Shown piece after piece: positions 40,604 to 54,210 of a DNA stretch of 64,000 nucleotides. This stretch comes from Podarcis cretensis (Eukaryota). The DNA is taken from the NCBI GenBank assembly GCA_951804945.1, contig OX638152.1, positions 51,584,001 through 51,648,000 of the forward strand, read 5' to 3'. The position numbers were made by a program, and so were the translations under genes. The notes under the pieces were generated by a model, which was not told the origin of the DNA, searched no databases, and was given only the letters and a program-made list of their open reading frames with translations. Every line of letters starts with the position of its first letter. Within the stretch, counting starts at the first letter, position 1.

Positions 40604-41073
40604 TGTAGGGATCATCGCGGAGTGGGGAGTGGGGTCCGGAGGGAGCACACTCCCCACCCGCAGGCAGCTTCATCCTGCCTGCATGCGTGACCTTGGGGAG
40701 CAGGGCAACCCCCCCCCCCCCAGACAAAGCCACGGCTATCTGAACATTGTTGCGTCTGTCTAACATTTTGCGGTCTCAGTAGTCTGCGGTGCCCTGTCTG
40801 TAACCTTTGTCTCTGAGACCTTTTGTCTCCTTAGTCATACACTGTGCAAGGGGAAAATGATGCGGTGGAAACAGGTGCCAAAATAACTTTGTACCACCCC
40901 ACGATCTCGGGACCGGAAGATGTGTAAAGGTCACAGCCCAAAATGTATCTGCCTGGTTTGCTTATTTGTCTCAATAAAAGGAGGCTCCACAGGGCTGGCC
41001 GGCAGCTCGCTTTCAGCTCACCTGTGCGCACCTCACCTGCATTATCAACTCCTGGCTCATGTCCATCACTTCA
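40604..41073 (+). mobile_element. Solo LTR (470 bp)
   Basis: TG...CA termini; perfect 5-bp TSD ATAGG (40599-40603, 41074-41078); AATAAA near 40974; CpG-rich. Confidence 0.85.
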
Positions 41074-41475
41074 ATAGGAAAGCAGATGTGTCTGATCTTT
41101 GGAATAATCTATCGGGTGGCAAATGAATCTGAACTGTTGAATAATTATTTCTAAATCGCAATAGCAAAACTTGAAGGACTTGGCAATGGAGTCAAAAGAT
41201 ATAGGCATTATCAGCGTTACAAGCTCCCTGACTGTCCCCCTAAGCCTGCTCCCGAGGCCAGCTGAAGTGAAATCACACTGGGGTAAAAGACCCTCTTCTA
41301 CCATACCCTAGAAAAACAGGTGGCAAAGTCATAGCTTTCATCTACTCTGAGTAAAACTTAGTTGCATACCAACTAATACCAATATGTTCAGAACTGTAAC
41401 CCTGACTCAGTAATTTTTTCTTAAATCTTTTATTTAAATCCCAAAATATTCCACCTTTCTTATTCTAACCACCCC

Positions 41476-41478
<3 letters not shown>

Positions 41479-41508
<30 letters not shown>
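41479..41508. repeat. (AC)n microsatellite
   Basis: Directly visible. Confidence 0.95.
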
Positions 41509-41510
<2 letters not shown>

Positions 41511-44500
41511 TTTTGACACCTGTTGTCACTTTCTAGAAAATTCTCTAAGAAATCTAGTTGCTAATTTATACTAATCGTCAGGGGAAATAGTTCAACCATG
41601 ACTGACTATGACTCATGTATTTTTGTCTACTTCTGTTCAGCCAGAAAAAGGATACAGTTGAAATAAGTGACTGACACACTAATTAAAAAGTGCCTTTAGA
41701 ACTGCAATCTGAAACATACCATTTGCATATGTAGGAAGGGGGGGGGGAATTCCAAGAAAGTGGGCGGAGGGATTTTGTAGTTAATTCAGGGAGACTTTAC
41801 TTTCCCAAGGGCAGCCCTCTTGGCACAGAGGTGTCAGTAGGCTTAATCAGCTGTAAAATGGCATGTGGTGCCATTGAAGCTGTGCTGCAGTTCTGCAGGG
41901 ACTTTATGCACCAAAAATGAGGCGTGCTGCGTTCCGCAGGCTGACCAGTAGTTGAAGCTGGCATATTGGCAGAGGCACAGTCATTCTAACAGATGGCCAG
42001 AAATGTTTCCAGACCAGACTCTATAGTCAGTGCATCCGATGTACAATCCCAGGATGGCAGTCTCTTGCGAGAATATCCATGTTAATGCCTAATGTGACAT
42101 GACATCATTACTCGAGCCCGTCACTGGATTATAAACAAAACAGTTTGGATTAGATTTCACATAGCAGGAGCAACGTGAGATAACGGACGTACCATGCTTT
42201 CTGGAAGGCTCCAATAGAACTGACTTCATGAAAGGATGGTCCACTTTCTGTTTACAGGTTAATTATTGCAGACTAGTGTTTTGCCTGATGAACATTTGGC
42301 AGAGACCTTGCTGACTATTTCTACTGCTGCATAAATTCACCCTGACAGGATTTTTTTTTTTTCCTACCAGTCAGCTTCATGACAAAAATTTAAAACTCAG
42401 GTTGCGTGACTTTTAAACATAACTACACATCACAGGCTAACATACTTAACAATGCTCCGAATCCCTTATTTAAAATAAGAAATAAAGAGGTGCTTTTGAC
42501 TTTTAATAGTAAATGCTTGACCACTAAAGTAACTATATCAGTATTGGAACTATAGTAACTACATCTTTACTACCTTGGTATCCCAGCTAGTTTTGTTTCC
42601 TTGCCAGATATGTACTGTGAGTTCAGTCTAATGCAAAAACATTTATCTACTCAAAACTATTATTCTTTTAAAATAGAATAACAGAACCACAGGGTTGTAA
42701 GGTGCCACCAAAAGTCATCTAGTCCAACCCTCTGAAAAAAATTCTCTAACCACTTGCCAAAAACTGTAGTAATTATAGTTTCTGAGCAAAACAGATTAAA
42801 AGAGATCCTTTTGTATTGATGTGTTTGATAGAATTCTTAATGAATGACATTTACCACAGTGTCAGAAAAGTAATTCCAAAGGAGGAGGGAAGAGCAGTTT
42901 GTGCTTTAGTGTCAACGGAAAACTCTTAAGCAAAGCGGCAGATCTCATTTCCATATTTTCTGTTTCCTTTCTTAATCTAGGGAAGCAAATCACTTATATT
43001 GGCAGAGAAAAACAATCCTATATATATCTGGTTGACAATGATTTCAATAACATTGTGGCATAAGATAGGACTAGAACTAATTCTAGCCTCATCTTCAGAA
43101 AGTGGCTCATCAAATGCAACCCATTTACATTGTATAACTTGCGTATCATTCAGATGGACTGATGTAAAATTCGGATAAAGAATGCAGGAAGTACTATTAA
43201 ATGTCATTTTAAAAAATGTAATCTAAATGTATATTCAAAGCCTGTTTTGATTTATGCAACATGAATCCACAGTTGCATCCTATGGCTGTGCAAGCAGACA
43301 GAAGCTTGCAAAACCACTCCCTTCTCCTCCCCACAGCATCCATGGAAAAGGCTCTTTGGAGACCCACTGGGTCATTCAGAAGAACAGGTGCTATGATCCA
43401 GTAGGCTGTAACAGAATGGTGGAATCTCCTAAAAGCAGACATAGGAATAAGACGCTTCTATGGCATTTTGAGCAATTCTCCTTCTTTCAGCAGCCTTTCA
43501 CATAGCAATGCCTGGACCCCCTGTCTACCCAGAGTGGGGGTTTGTTATGTCTTAAAGACCGTAGCCATTCTAGATTACTTAATTCATATAAAAGTGCAAA
43601 CTTGAATATGTGTCACCAAAGTGGCTACTCTGGAGTGGGGAAGGAGTGAAAGTCATTTTGTTCTCTGGTCCAGGGTAGAAAGTTCTGACAATTCCTACAC
43701 ATCTTATTTATAAAAAGCAAGGGGAAAGCAACTTCCCTTCGACACCTCCTATGGGAATCTGGAAGAGGAAGCAGCATTTCTTCCTGAGACATTTTTTTGC
43801 CCCTGAGATTTTTGAAGCCTCTTTTATTCTTCAGCTTGCAGCTTCTGGTGGCTCTTGGGATTCTAAAGATGCTTCGTCAGCAGTTTTATGGTTGTGAATC
43901 CTAATGACTTCTCTTTATTGCTCGTTCTCTATCTGGCAAAGTAATGCTGCTGTAATGATGATTACAACCAGGTTTACCAGAGTGGGATTGTAAGAGAGAA
44001 GGAGGGAAAGATAAAATAAGCAGAGACTTAAGAGTCGGCAATAAGGTTGCAAATGGATATGCAGCTGCATAATTGAATGGGAAACTTGCCCAAAACGTAT
44101 AATACTGACTGGGGCAGTGGTGACCAGACTTATGAGCAGACATATTTTTATGGGTCAAACTTAATATGCCTTGTTATTTGAAAAATAACAGCTGGTGGGC
44201 AGTGGTGGTAGAATCAGAATTGTTATTATTTATTCTTGTTAGCAACTCTGAGAACTTGGTTGAGGGAGGTCATATGCTTTATTTTTTGTTAAAATTAAAA
44301 ATCAGTAAACATACAACAATATAATAAATCCAGCGGTATTAACAGTCAATACAAAATGTAACTTAAAAAGTTATGGCAAATGGCTGTCAATTAGTAGCCA
44401 ATAAAGGCCTCAGTAAATACTTAAAACTGTTGTGTTGGAGGTGTATTTTCCCCATGCGCAAACACTAAATAAATAACTGACAAATATCTTCTGTGGCCCC

Positions 44501-44569
44501 AAATCCACGTCTCATCATGCTTTTTCTATCCTGCCTATCTTTTTACCACTAGATATATTTATTAAGATA

Positions 44570-44820
44570 CAGTTGTACCTTGGAAGTCTAACGGAATCCA
44601 TTCCCGAAGTCCGTTCGACTTCCAAAACATTTGAAAACCAAATTGCGGTTTCTGATTGGTTGCAGGAAGCTCCTGCAGCCAATCAGAAGCCGTGGAAGCC
44701 CCGTCAGACATTTGGGTTCCAAAAGAACATTCACAAACCGGAACAATCACTTCCGGGGTTGTGGTGTTCGGGACCCAAAACGCCCGAGTTCCAGGGCATT
44801 CGGGTTCCAAGGTACAACTT
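44570..44820. mobile_element. Tc1/mariner MITE, third subfamily
   Basis: TA|CAGTTGTACCTTGGAA ... TTCCAAGGTACAACTT|TA; central palindrome around 44645-44693. Confidence 0.9.
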
Positions 44821-44828
44821 TAGTTTTA

Positions 44829-44910
44829 TAACAGCCAGTTCACATATGCACATGTAATTTAAACATGCAAGCCACCACTTGATGTGTGTGCATATGTGAA
44901 CTGGCTGTTA
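44829..44910. repeat. 82-nt inverted repeat with a perfect 24-bp stem
   Basis: TAACAGCCAGTTCACATATGCACA (44829-44852) / TGTGCATATGTGAACTGGCTGTTA (44887-44910). Confidence 0.9.
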
Positions 44911-46902
44911 GATTTAGCATCCTTCATTAGGAGTAAATTGTATTGCAGCCTGGTGCTACTGGTTAAACATTTAAAGGATTAGTAGTTAGAAGTACCTACA
45001 CTGTGATTTAGAGTGTAATATATGGGATCATCCTATACACCAGCCTTTGTCTGTCAAAATGCAGTACAAATGAGCAAATCCTCTGTATAGGTGGGAGTCT
45101 CAACTGAGCTACCTCTACTGTAATGCCAAAAATTGCTTCACTCTCTGACTCTTCATGTCTCTGTGGCGTCCCACCTGACCCCCACAACTCTCCAGTAAAT
45201 ATCAATCAGTATGTTACATAAATTACCCAGTGTTAAATAAAGTAACAGTTATACTATGAAGGATGATAATCAGTGATGCTCTTAAATTAAGTGATTGTTT
45301 GAAATTTGCTGTCATAGATAGGTGAGTAGTTTATAATGTCAATCTTTCAATAAATTTGCTTCATGCTATTGCATGGTCTGTCTGGGAAAACAAGTTGGCT
45401 TTGGGCTCTTGATGTGGCATAGAGAGTGCTCATTCTTTGCAACTTGGGGGAGACGGGACTTCAGATACATGCTTACAAATACAAATGCCACAGGCACACA
45501 GCCATAAGGAAGCTCTCTCTTTCAAACTATTTGGGAATTCTACAAAGTTGAAAACCCCTCTATTGTCAGATTTCAGAAATGTAATAGAAAGAAGAGCATG
45601 ACGATACAAATTCAAAAGACAGCAAGTCCGTTGTTCCCAGCTAGAACAGTTGAGCTCGGCTGATCACAAAAGACAGGGTATCAATTTTAATACTGAGTCT
45701 CTAAAAGAGCAATTTGCTAAGGCAGCTCCTCCTCTGTGTTGTTATTAGGAGAAGCAGGCAGGCTGCAAGTTACTCTCAGTGAAGCTCAGTATGAAGACTG
45801 ACAGGGCTGTGTGTACCCCATTAATCTATGTACCAGATGCAGTTTGTATGTATTTGTAGAGAACAGAAACCTGCTACTGTTGCACCGTAACTGGAATTGG
45901 GTAGAAAGACTGGCTTCATCCTAGGCATGCGGAAATACTGTGCTTAAGTAAAATTATTCTGCTCATGTGTGAAGGTGTTACCATAGAAAATTGAACAACA
46001 TAGCTATGTGCATTCCATGTAAATGTAAAATCTAAGTCTGGCATGGAATTTGCTATATTGGTATATTGAAAATAACAGAAAATATAAATAGATCAATATA
46101 TAGATGGTGCTTTTGGCATATTGGTTTATTGAAAATTACACACACACACACACTACTTTCTTGGGGGGGAAATGAGGTGCTGCTACTCATATCTTAATAA
46201 ATCGTTAAATGCCTCTCCCATCACTCTCCTCTTCCCACACCTCCCACCCTTATCTACTGAACAAGCACTTCACTGTTGCTCATCCTGTATTCTAGAATAG
46301 TATACTATCACCCATTATTTCTACCCCAAAGATTTTCTTTCAGACCTGAAAATATAGATTTAAGAACCTGGAAGCTGAACTTTGGAATTCTAGTTGTCAT
46401 GCAAAAAGAAGGCAATCAAACTGAAAGCTAAAGGCGAGGACCCTTATTTATATCAAAAAATAAATAAATTGCTGTAACATTTCAAGGTACAACTGACAGA
46501 CCTTGCAGTTTATATATCCATCCAATTTTTCCTCGGGTGCAAAGTTGCCAATCCATAAAACAAATGGTGCAAACAGTAAGCTTCTAATGGTATGGAAAAC
46601 TGTCAGTGCAACTGTCTCTTATCTCTCCTGAGCTCCCTTTTGACACTACCACAGAAGCAGTACAATATAATGAAAGCTTCATCTATTATGAACGATTGCA
46701 GAACTCTTAATACTTTCCTCTTACATAAAGAAAATGAATCACTGTGACCTTCCTCAGGGAGTGCAGTAGTGGAATGCTGCAGAAAACAATGTGGTGAGGC
46801 ACGAGAGATATCCTCCTAAGAAAGCGTGAATGAAAATAACCCTTATAGAGAAAATTGGGGTAAGCTTTCAGATTTCCTCCTCTAATTGTTCCCGTGCTAA
46901 GT

Positions 46903-47023
46903 AGGGATGGGTAAGCCGTGGTCCTCCAGATGTTGTTGGACTACAATTCTCCTAATCCCTGACTCATGTCCATGCTGACGGCAGTCCAACAACATCCAGA
47001 GGGCCACATGTTTCTCATCCCTG
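46903..47023. mobile_element. hAT-type MITE (family of 51169-51300)
   Basis: TAGGGATGGG ... CTCATCCCTG termini; internal CCAGATGTTGTTGGACT / AGTCCAACAACATCCAG. Confidence 0.75.
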
Positions 47024-47499
47024 AAGTAAACCAGTAATTATTAAAAGCAAACGGGGATTTTTAGAGTTAAGAAGCTGGAAGAGGGCACTAAACCCTTTCT
47101 GCCCCCTGCTGCTGCCAGAGCTGATAACCTTTCCTCCACTTCTGCATTTGAGAGGGTGGTGGTGGTGGTGGTGGCTTCACACATTACTAGTATTTCATAT
47201 GACAAATTCAACTTCCTTGCATAAACAGGAAATAGAACAGGGATTGCTGCAGGGATACAGGAGCTCATGGCAAAAGGCATTCCTAGTCTCTTCCTAACTT
47301 CCAGTTTCCAATTGCTAAGTCTCGCTTGCTGCTCTCTGCAGACCAGCTCAGTTTGCAAGCCAGTTATGTTCTCTATGTCTTTTGCCGCTTTCTAAAACCA
47401 TGTTGCCTTCTGATTGTGCTTCCCCTTCCTTTGAGCCTGGCTTGTCCACGCTGGTTCTCTCCAGTCTACTTTTATAATCTTGGTGGAACATGTAGGTAT

Positions 47500-50400
47500 A
47501 CAACAGCTGGGACCATCGGCTGGGTGAGGACTGCAGGGCCTGCTCCTTTCCAGGGCCTTTTCCAGCTGGCCCAGGGGGCGTGGCCCAGGACCTCTCTCCC
47601 GGCTACAAAGGGACTCCTGCTGCAGTGAGGCCTCGGAACACCGGCTGGGTGAGGACTGCAGGGCCTGCTCCCTTCCAGGGCCTTTTCCAGCTGGCCCAGG
47701 GGGCGTGGCCCAGGCATTTATTTGGAACAAACTTTTTGGGAAGGGTGGGAAGTGTTCTGCCATTCTTCCCTGTTCCAGGTGGTTAATGTGCTTTAAAATG
47801 TCCTCAAGCAGTCGGTGGCAATTTAAATTTAAATTTAATTTTTTCCCCCTTTTTTCCATTGTTGGGGGTGGGTGGGATGGATATTTAGTTGGGGATTAAT
47901 TTTAGTATAATTGTTCTGTTTCTTTTTGTTGTTGTTGTTTTATTGGTTCTGTATAGTTTGTGTTTTGTTTTTAAGGGGCGGGATCAGGGCTGCCTGGGAG
48001 TGGGGCCCCAGCCAACACGATGGCTGGGACAAGTTCCACAGGGGGAGAAGCACTGGGACATCCGATCTCGGTGATCATGGGCAGGAGGCGGAGTTACGCT
48101 AAGACCAGACCATGTCATTACCGAGGAGGCAGGTTTAGTCGTTGTTTGAAGACTATTCCTGCCTCCGGGTCTGGCCTTGACCAGATGGATACTGGAATCA
48201 ACAGGGGAAACCTACATGACCTGAAGGTGTTGCTGTGTAATGCCAGGTCAATGATGAATAAAACCACTGCCATCCACGACCTGATTGTGGATGGAGGATT
48301 TGACCTGGCATGTGTGACAGAGACCTGGTTGGAGGAAGCAGATGGGCCTGTCCTTGCCGCTGCTTGCCCACCAGGTTTCTCTTACGCACAGCAACCCAGG
48401 TCATGTGGGCGGGGAGGGGGGGGTTGCAGTGATTTTTAGGAAGTCACTAGCTTGCACCAGGCGTCCTACTGGGAAGATCCAGTTTTCTGAGTGCATGTTC
48501 TGGAAGTTGGGCAATAGGGGCAGTACAGGATTCCTTTTGGTGTACCGACCTCCCCGCTGCACCAAGGATTCCCTGTCTGAGCTGCTTCAGGTCATGGCGG
48601 ATTTTCTCCTGGAGACACCTAGTTTGGTTGTCCTAGGAGATTTTAACATCCATGCCGACACGACCTTACAAGGGGCTGCTCGGGACTTCGTGGAAAGCAT
48701 GGCCTCCATGGGGCTGTCCCTGAATAAGTTTGGCCCAACTCATAGTCATGGACATGCCTTAGACCTGGTGTTCACCTCTAGTGACGTGGGTGATCTGACA
48801 CTAAGTAAAAGTGAAACAAAAGAAGTGCCATGGTCAGATCACTTCCTGGTGCAACTGGACTTCTCCGCGACCCTTCCCCTCTGCAGGGAGGTGGGACCAA
48901 TTCGGATGGTCCGCCCCCGCCACTTAATGGATCCAAATGGTTTCCAGAGAGTGGTAGGGGATGCTTTATCCCATGTTGATGGCCTTTCAGCTGATTCCCT
49001 GGTGGCCCGCTGGAATGCGGAGTTAACCAGGGCTATCGACTGTCTGGCTCCGAAGCGCCCTCTCCGATTGCATGGAGCCCAGACAGCTCCGTGGTTTTCT
49101 TCGGAGCTGAGGACGATGAAACAATCGCTGAGACGGCTAGAGCGTCGGTGGCAAAAAACTCACTCCGAATCTGACCGGACACAGGTTAGAGCTCAACGTC
49201 GAGCCTACCAAGTGGCGATAGCGACGGCGAAGAAGACTTTCTTCACCGCCTCTATTGCATCTGCAGAAAATAGTAGCAGGAGACTCTTTCAGGTGGTTCG
49301 TAATTTAACGGAACCACCTTTACCACCGGGGCCTTGTAAAGACCCCAAGATCTCCTGCAACGATTTTGCAAAGTTTTTTGCAGATAAAATCACTCATATT
49401 CGGAAGGAGCTAGACACTACCGTGGGAGCAGTGCCGGGGCGGGAGAGTGCTAGAGCTCTGTCTGGTCAAGTTGCATGGAATCAATTTCAATCCGTTAGCC
49501 CCGAGGATGTGGACAGGCTGCTTGGACGCGTGAAACCAGCCACCTGTCTCCTGGATCCTTGCCCATCCTGGCTAATAAAAGCAAGCCGGGAAGGGCTGGG
49601 CGATGGGCTCTGCGGGGTGGTGAATGCTTCCCTCTGTGAGGGAACATTCCCAGATCCGCTGAAAGAGGCGGTCATTAAACCGCTTCTTAAAAAACCATCT
49701 TTAGACCCGGCCAGTATGGCCAACTATCGCCCAGTCTCAAATCTTCCTTTCTTGGGCAAGGTGATTGAGCGCGTGGTTGCTGAACAACTCCAGGCACGCC
49801 TGGAGGATGCGGACCATTTGGATCCCTTCCAATCGGGATTCAGGCCTCATCATGGGACTGAAACTGCCTTGGTCGCACTGGTTGATGATCTCCGGCGAGC
49901 TAGGGACAAAGGTGAGAGTTGTTTCCTAGTTCTGCTGGATCTCTCAGCGGCCTTTGATACAATCGACCATAACATCCTTCTGGACCGTCTAGAGGGGCTG
50001 GGAGCTGGGGGCACTGTTATACAGTGGTTTCGCTCCTTCCTCCTGGGCCGTGTTCAGAAAGTGGTGGTGGGGGATGAGTGTTCAGACCCCTGGGCCCTCA
50101 CTTGTGGGGTGCCTCAAGGTTCCGTCCTCTCCCCCATGCTTTTTAACATCTATATGAAGCCGCTGGGAGAGATCATCAGGGGGTTTGGGCTGGGTGTCCA
50201 TCAATATGCAGATGATACCCAGCTCTACCTCTCTTTCAAATCAGAACCAGTGAAGGCGGTGAAGGTCCTGTGTGAGTACCTGGAGGCGGTTGGAGGATGG
50301 ATGGCGGCTAATGGATTGAGGTTGAATCCTGACAAGACAGAAGTACTGTTTTTGAGGGACAGGGGGCGGGCTGGTGTGGAGGACTCCCTGGTCCTGAATA

Positions 50401-51137
50401 GGGTAACTGTGCCCCTGAAGGACCAGGTGCGCAGCCTGGGAGTCATTTTGGACTCACAGCTGTCCATGGAGGCGCAGGTCAATTCTGTATCCAGGGCAGC
50501 TGTCTACCAACTCCACCTGGTACGCAGGCTGAGACCCTACCTGCCTGCAGACTGTCTCGCCAGAGTGGTGCATGCTCTAGTTATCTCCCGCTTGGACTAC
50601 TGCAATGCGCTCTACGTGGGGCTACCTTTGAAGGTGACTCGGAAACTACAACTAATCCAGAATGCGGCAGCTAGACTGGTGACTGGGGGCGGCCGCCGAG
50701 ACCACATAACACCGGTCTTGAAAGACCTACATTGGCTCCCAGTACGTTTCCGAGCACAATTCAAAGTGCTGGTGTTGACCTTTAAAGCCCTAAACGGCCT
50801 CGGCCCAGTATACCTGAAGGAGCGTCTCCACCCCCATCGTTCTGCCCGGACACTGAGGTCCAGCGCCGAGGGCCTTCTGGCGATTCCTTCATTGCGAGAA
50901 GCAAAGCTACAGGGAACCAGGCAGAGGGCCTTCTCGGTCGTGGTGCCTGCCCTGTGGAACGCCCTCCCATCAGATGTCAAAGCAATAAATAACTACCTGA
51001 CATTCAGAAGACATCTTAAGGCAGCCCTGTTTAGGGAAGTTTTTAATCTGTGATATTTTAGTGTATTTTTGGTTTTTATGGAAGCCGCCCAGAGTGGCTG
51101 GGGAGACCCAGCCAGATGGGCGGGGTACAAATAATAA

Positions 51138-51166
<29 letters not shown>
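47500..51166 (+). mobile_element. Near full-length L2 LINE
   Basis: GC-rich 5' region with 73-bp direct repeats, APE+RT coding region, 3' end GGGCGGGGTACAAATAATAAA(TTA)n; 5' boundary approximate. Confidence 0.9.
48020..51053 (+). pseudogene. L2 APE-endonuclease / reverse transcriptase, split by one +1 frameshift
   Basis: LLCNARS and VTETWL in the first frame; [26 protein letters not shown] and YADD in the second; removing one G from G8 at 48416-48423 gives RGGGVAVIF. Confidence 0.9.
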
Positions 51167-51168
<2 letters not shown>

Positions 51169-51300
51169 CAGGGGTGGGGAAGCTATAGCCTTCTAGTTGT
51201 TGATGGACTCCCATCAGCCCTGGGCAGCATAACCAATGGCCAGGCATGATGGGAGTTGTAGTCCAGCAACATCTGAAGGGCCACAGTTTCCCCACCCCTG
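51169..51300. mobile_element. hAT-type MITE
   Basis: Perfect 13-bp TIR CAGGGGTGGGGAA / TTCCCCACCCCTG. Confidence 0.85.
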
Positions 51301-53589
51301 AACTAAAGAAAGGTCAAGCAGAGCTGATATTGACCTGAATGTTTTAGGTGTACTCTTGCCTGCTACCTCTTAGCAATCCTCATCTTCTCTATAATCACAA
51401 CTCAATCTGATTTTGCCCAAACCTAAAACTGCATACAACACCTATTTTCTCCCCTGCCATAGTTCTTTAGAGACTTTCCTCTGTTTCAGTAGCCTTCTGC
51501 CTATTCTGTTGTTTCCTCATCCTCCATTCTGTTATCCTTCTTCACTCTAATTCTCATCTGATTTAAGTGCATTTTCCCCCACACTAAATTTCTGTGTTCT
51601 GCTGCCTTAAGGGCGAAGGAACCCATAATGAAATTTCTGCTTTTGAAAGACCATGTGTTCTACTGCTTTATGAGAAATGTGATCTGGATTCTGAACTTAT
51701 ACTAGGGAAAGTACAATCTTCCCTGATTGGTTCAATCACTTTTTCTTTGCTAAGGGAATGGTCTCATTTTCTTCTAGGGGAGAAAAGCTCACCTCAGTCA
51801 GCAGTCAAGAAAAGATATAGCGAGTACAAGAAATGGAGAAACTTTTCTTACCTGGTATCTTTTGAATAGCCCCAATCTCTCTTTCATTTTCTAACAAAAC
51901 TCACAGCCAGTCTGATATGATATGGTTCTACAGATTATATTTCAACATACTTGGGCTCATTTATTTGAAATGTGTCTCATAGCTTCTAGCTACTGTTGTT
52001 TGGAACATCTCACATAATTTTTACTACATGAAACTCAACCCAAAGCATGTACCATACTAAAACAAAATAAAAAAAAACCCCCAGCAAATACAAATGTCTA
52101 TGATGAATGCAGCTGGAAAAGGAATGAACTGACAAGAGGAATAAAAATGAAAGTTTTAAACACCCAGGAGGCAACTAAAAGTAGTTTTAGACCTGAAAAG
52201 GTTTGTAAGAGTCACTTTCAAATTTATTGTTACTATAAGGTCACATATGGACAATCTCATAGTAAGAATTGCATTTAATGACATACGACTTGCATTAAAC
52301 TATATTTCATTCTACTAATGTTCTGGAAAAGCCGGAATCCAGCATGGGATATGTTTTCCTTCTCTGTGGAGAAGGAACAAACAAAAGCCTCCATGAAAAA
52401 AGTAAAACCTCTCTGTATAGAAGCCTTATTCCAAACCAGAATAATTTTTCCAGTACACTGTTCCTCTCTACATAGTTATGTAATTAAATCACCCGAAAGA
52501 TTTAAAAAGGACTGCCAAATGTATACTGCCTTGCAGATTCAAAAATGCAGAAGAGACCTCAAGAAATAAACACCACCAATGCAAAATAGGATGCTTTATA
52601 AATAAAAGTCCTTATAGACACTTATCTTAGTTCCTTACTTTTCCATGGAAGCAGTTAGGATACTGGAATCATTAAAGGTTCAACATTAAATTGCAAAAAC
52701 CAAAGGGCAAAACCATTACTTAAAATTCTGGTAAGAAAGACTGGAGATCATGGTCTCTATATATACGAACACAAGACATGGTGGAATTGTGGTTCAGGAG
52801 TATAAACCTGGTGCCTACAAAACGCATCAGTGTCGAATTGGAGTGCCATGGGTAGTGCTGAACAAGCACCCTGTAAGTAGTTGTTGCTTCACATCTTGGT
52901 AGCCTAGTTTGTTAAGCTACTGGCCATTGGAGTCAACAACAAATGGTCCAGCTGAGGCTGACACGATGAGAATTTCTTCAGGGAGAGCTCGAGGACCAAA
53001 TTAATGTGATTCAAGCTGTCAAGTGATTCGATGCTTCTAAAGCTTTTCAGTGTTCTGCCAAGGAAGATGTCAATCCAAAAACACCTTTTAAAGAAAGTAA
53101 CAAACAGACCATGAATCAAATCCACATGTTGCTGCTTCATATGTGAACATAATACAAGTCTTGACCTTTAAATTCAACCAAATTGTGTCTTTAAACATGT
53201 AGTTTTAAAATCTCTTTAAATTAAAGCAGCTATTAGTGATCTCCTTTCACACTGTCCTCCCCCTGCTTTGCCTAGAGAGAAACTAGCTCTAGCACTGACA
53301 TACTTGATGTAGCAGCAGGACACAATTAGACATTCTGAATGTGCCATTGCATCTAATATTTGCAGGTGTTTAAATTTTAATAACACATGCCATGCTTGCC
53401 ATGTAAAAGTCGATGATGCAAGTCTATATGTCAAGTGCAGCTTGTTTAATGTAACAGAAGCTATGCTACATTTTTAAAAGTATTGTATCTATCAGCAATT
53501 TAGAAATTGAAACAGTAGTTTCAGTTTTATCATTCTCTGTTAGAATAGTTCAATTATGAATGTGTTTCTAGACACTGGAATTAGGATAG

Positions 53590-54210
53590 TGTGAATAATG
53601 AGTTAAAAAAAGATATTTAGGTACACCTTTTATAAAAAACTGGAGGAATTTTTCCTAGGAATGGTTGGAGAGGACATTTAAAAGGAAGATCAGAAATTCT
53701 TCCTGTATGCCACAACAGCATGAAGACTACTCCTTGCACAGAGATGGAAACAACAGGATATTCCGACAGTTGAAGAATGGCAACAGAAAGTATTGGAGTA
53801 TGCAGAAATAGCAAGGCTACCTGGAAGAATCTGACAGCAGGACAATGAGAAATTCCAAAAAGAATGGTCCAAATTTATGGTATACTTAGAGAAAACTGTA
53901 CATAAATAAAGACACTCACAGGACTAAAATAAAACTCATAACGTTTATTGTAAATATTTTGTTAGACCACAAGATGTAATGCTGTATTATAATAAGGAAT
54001 GTATGTCTAAAGTATAATACAAAAAATTATTAAGGAATTATAGACACTTATAGAATGTAGATATAGTAATCACGCTTAAGCAATAGCAATGTAGAGAAGC
54101 CAGAAGAGGGGTGGAGGGAAGTTAACTCAGATAAGATATAGATTTAAAGGAGAATAATATTGTTAAGCTGTATTGTGCTTAAGATATTTGGAAAAAAATA
54201 ATAAAAAATA
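53590..54210 (+). mobile_element. L1-clade 3' fragment, decayed
   Basis: Translates to NELKK...FLG...YATTA*RLLLAQRWKQQDIPTVEEW, a stop-interrupted homologue of the 22023-22570 region; AATAAA and A-rich end. Confidence 0.8.

Noticed and set aside
47392-47859. 155-aa minus-strand ORF with a repeated peptide
   Set aside because: Translation of the L2 5' direct repeat, running into flanking DNA.
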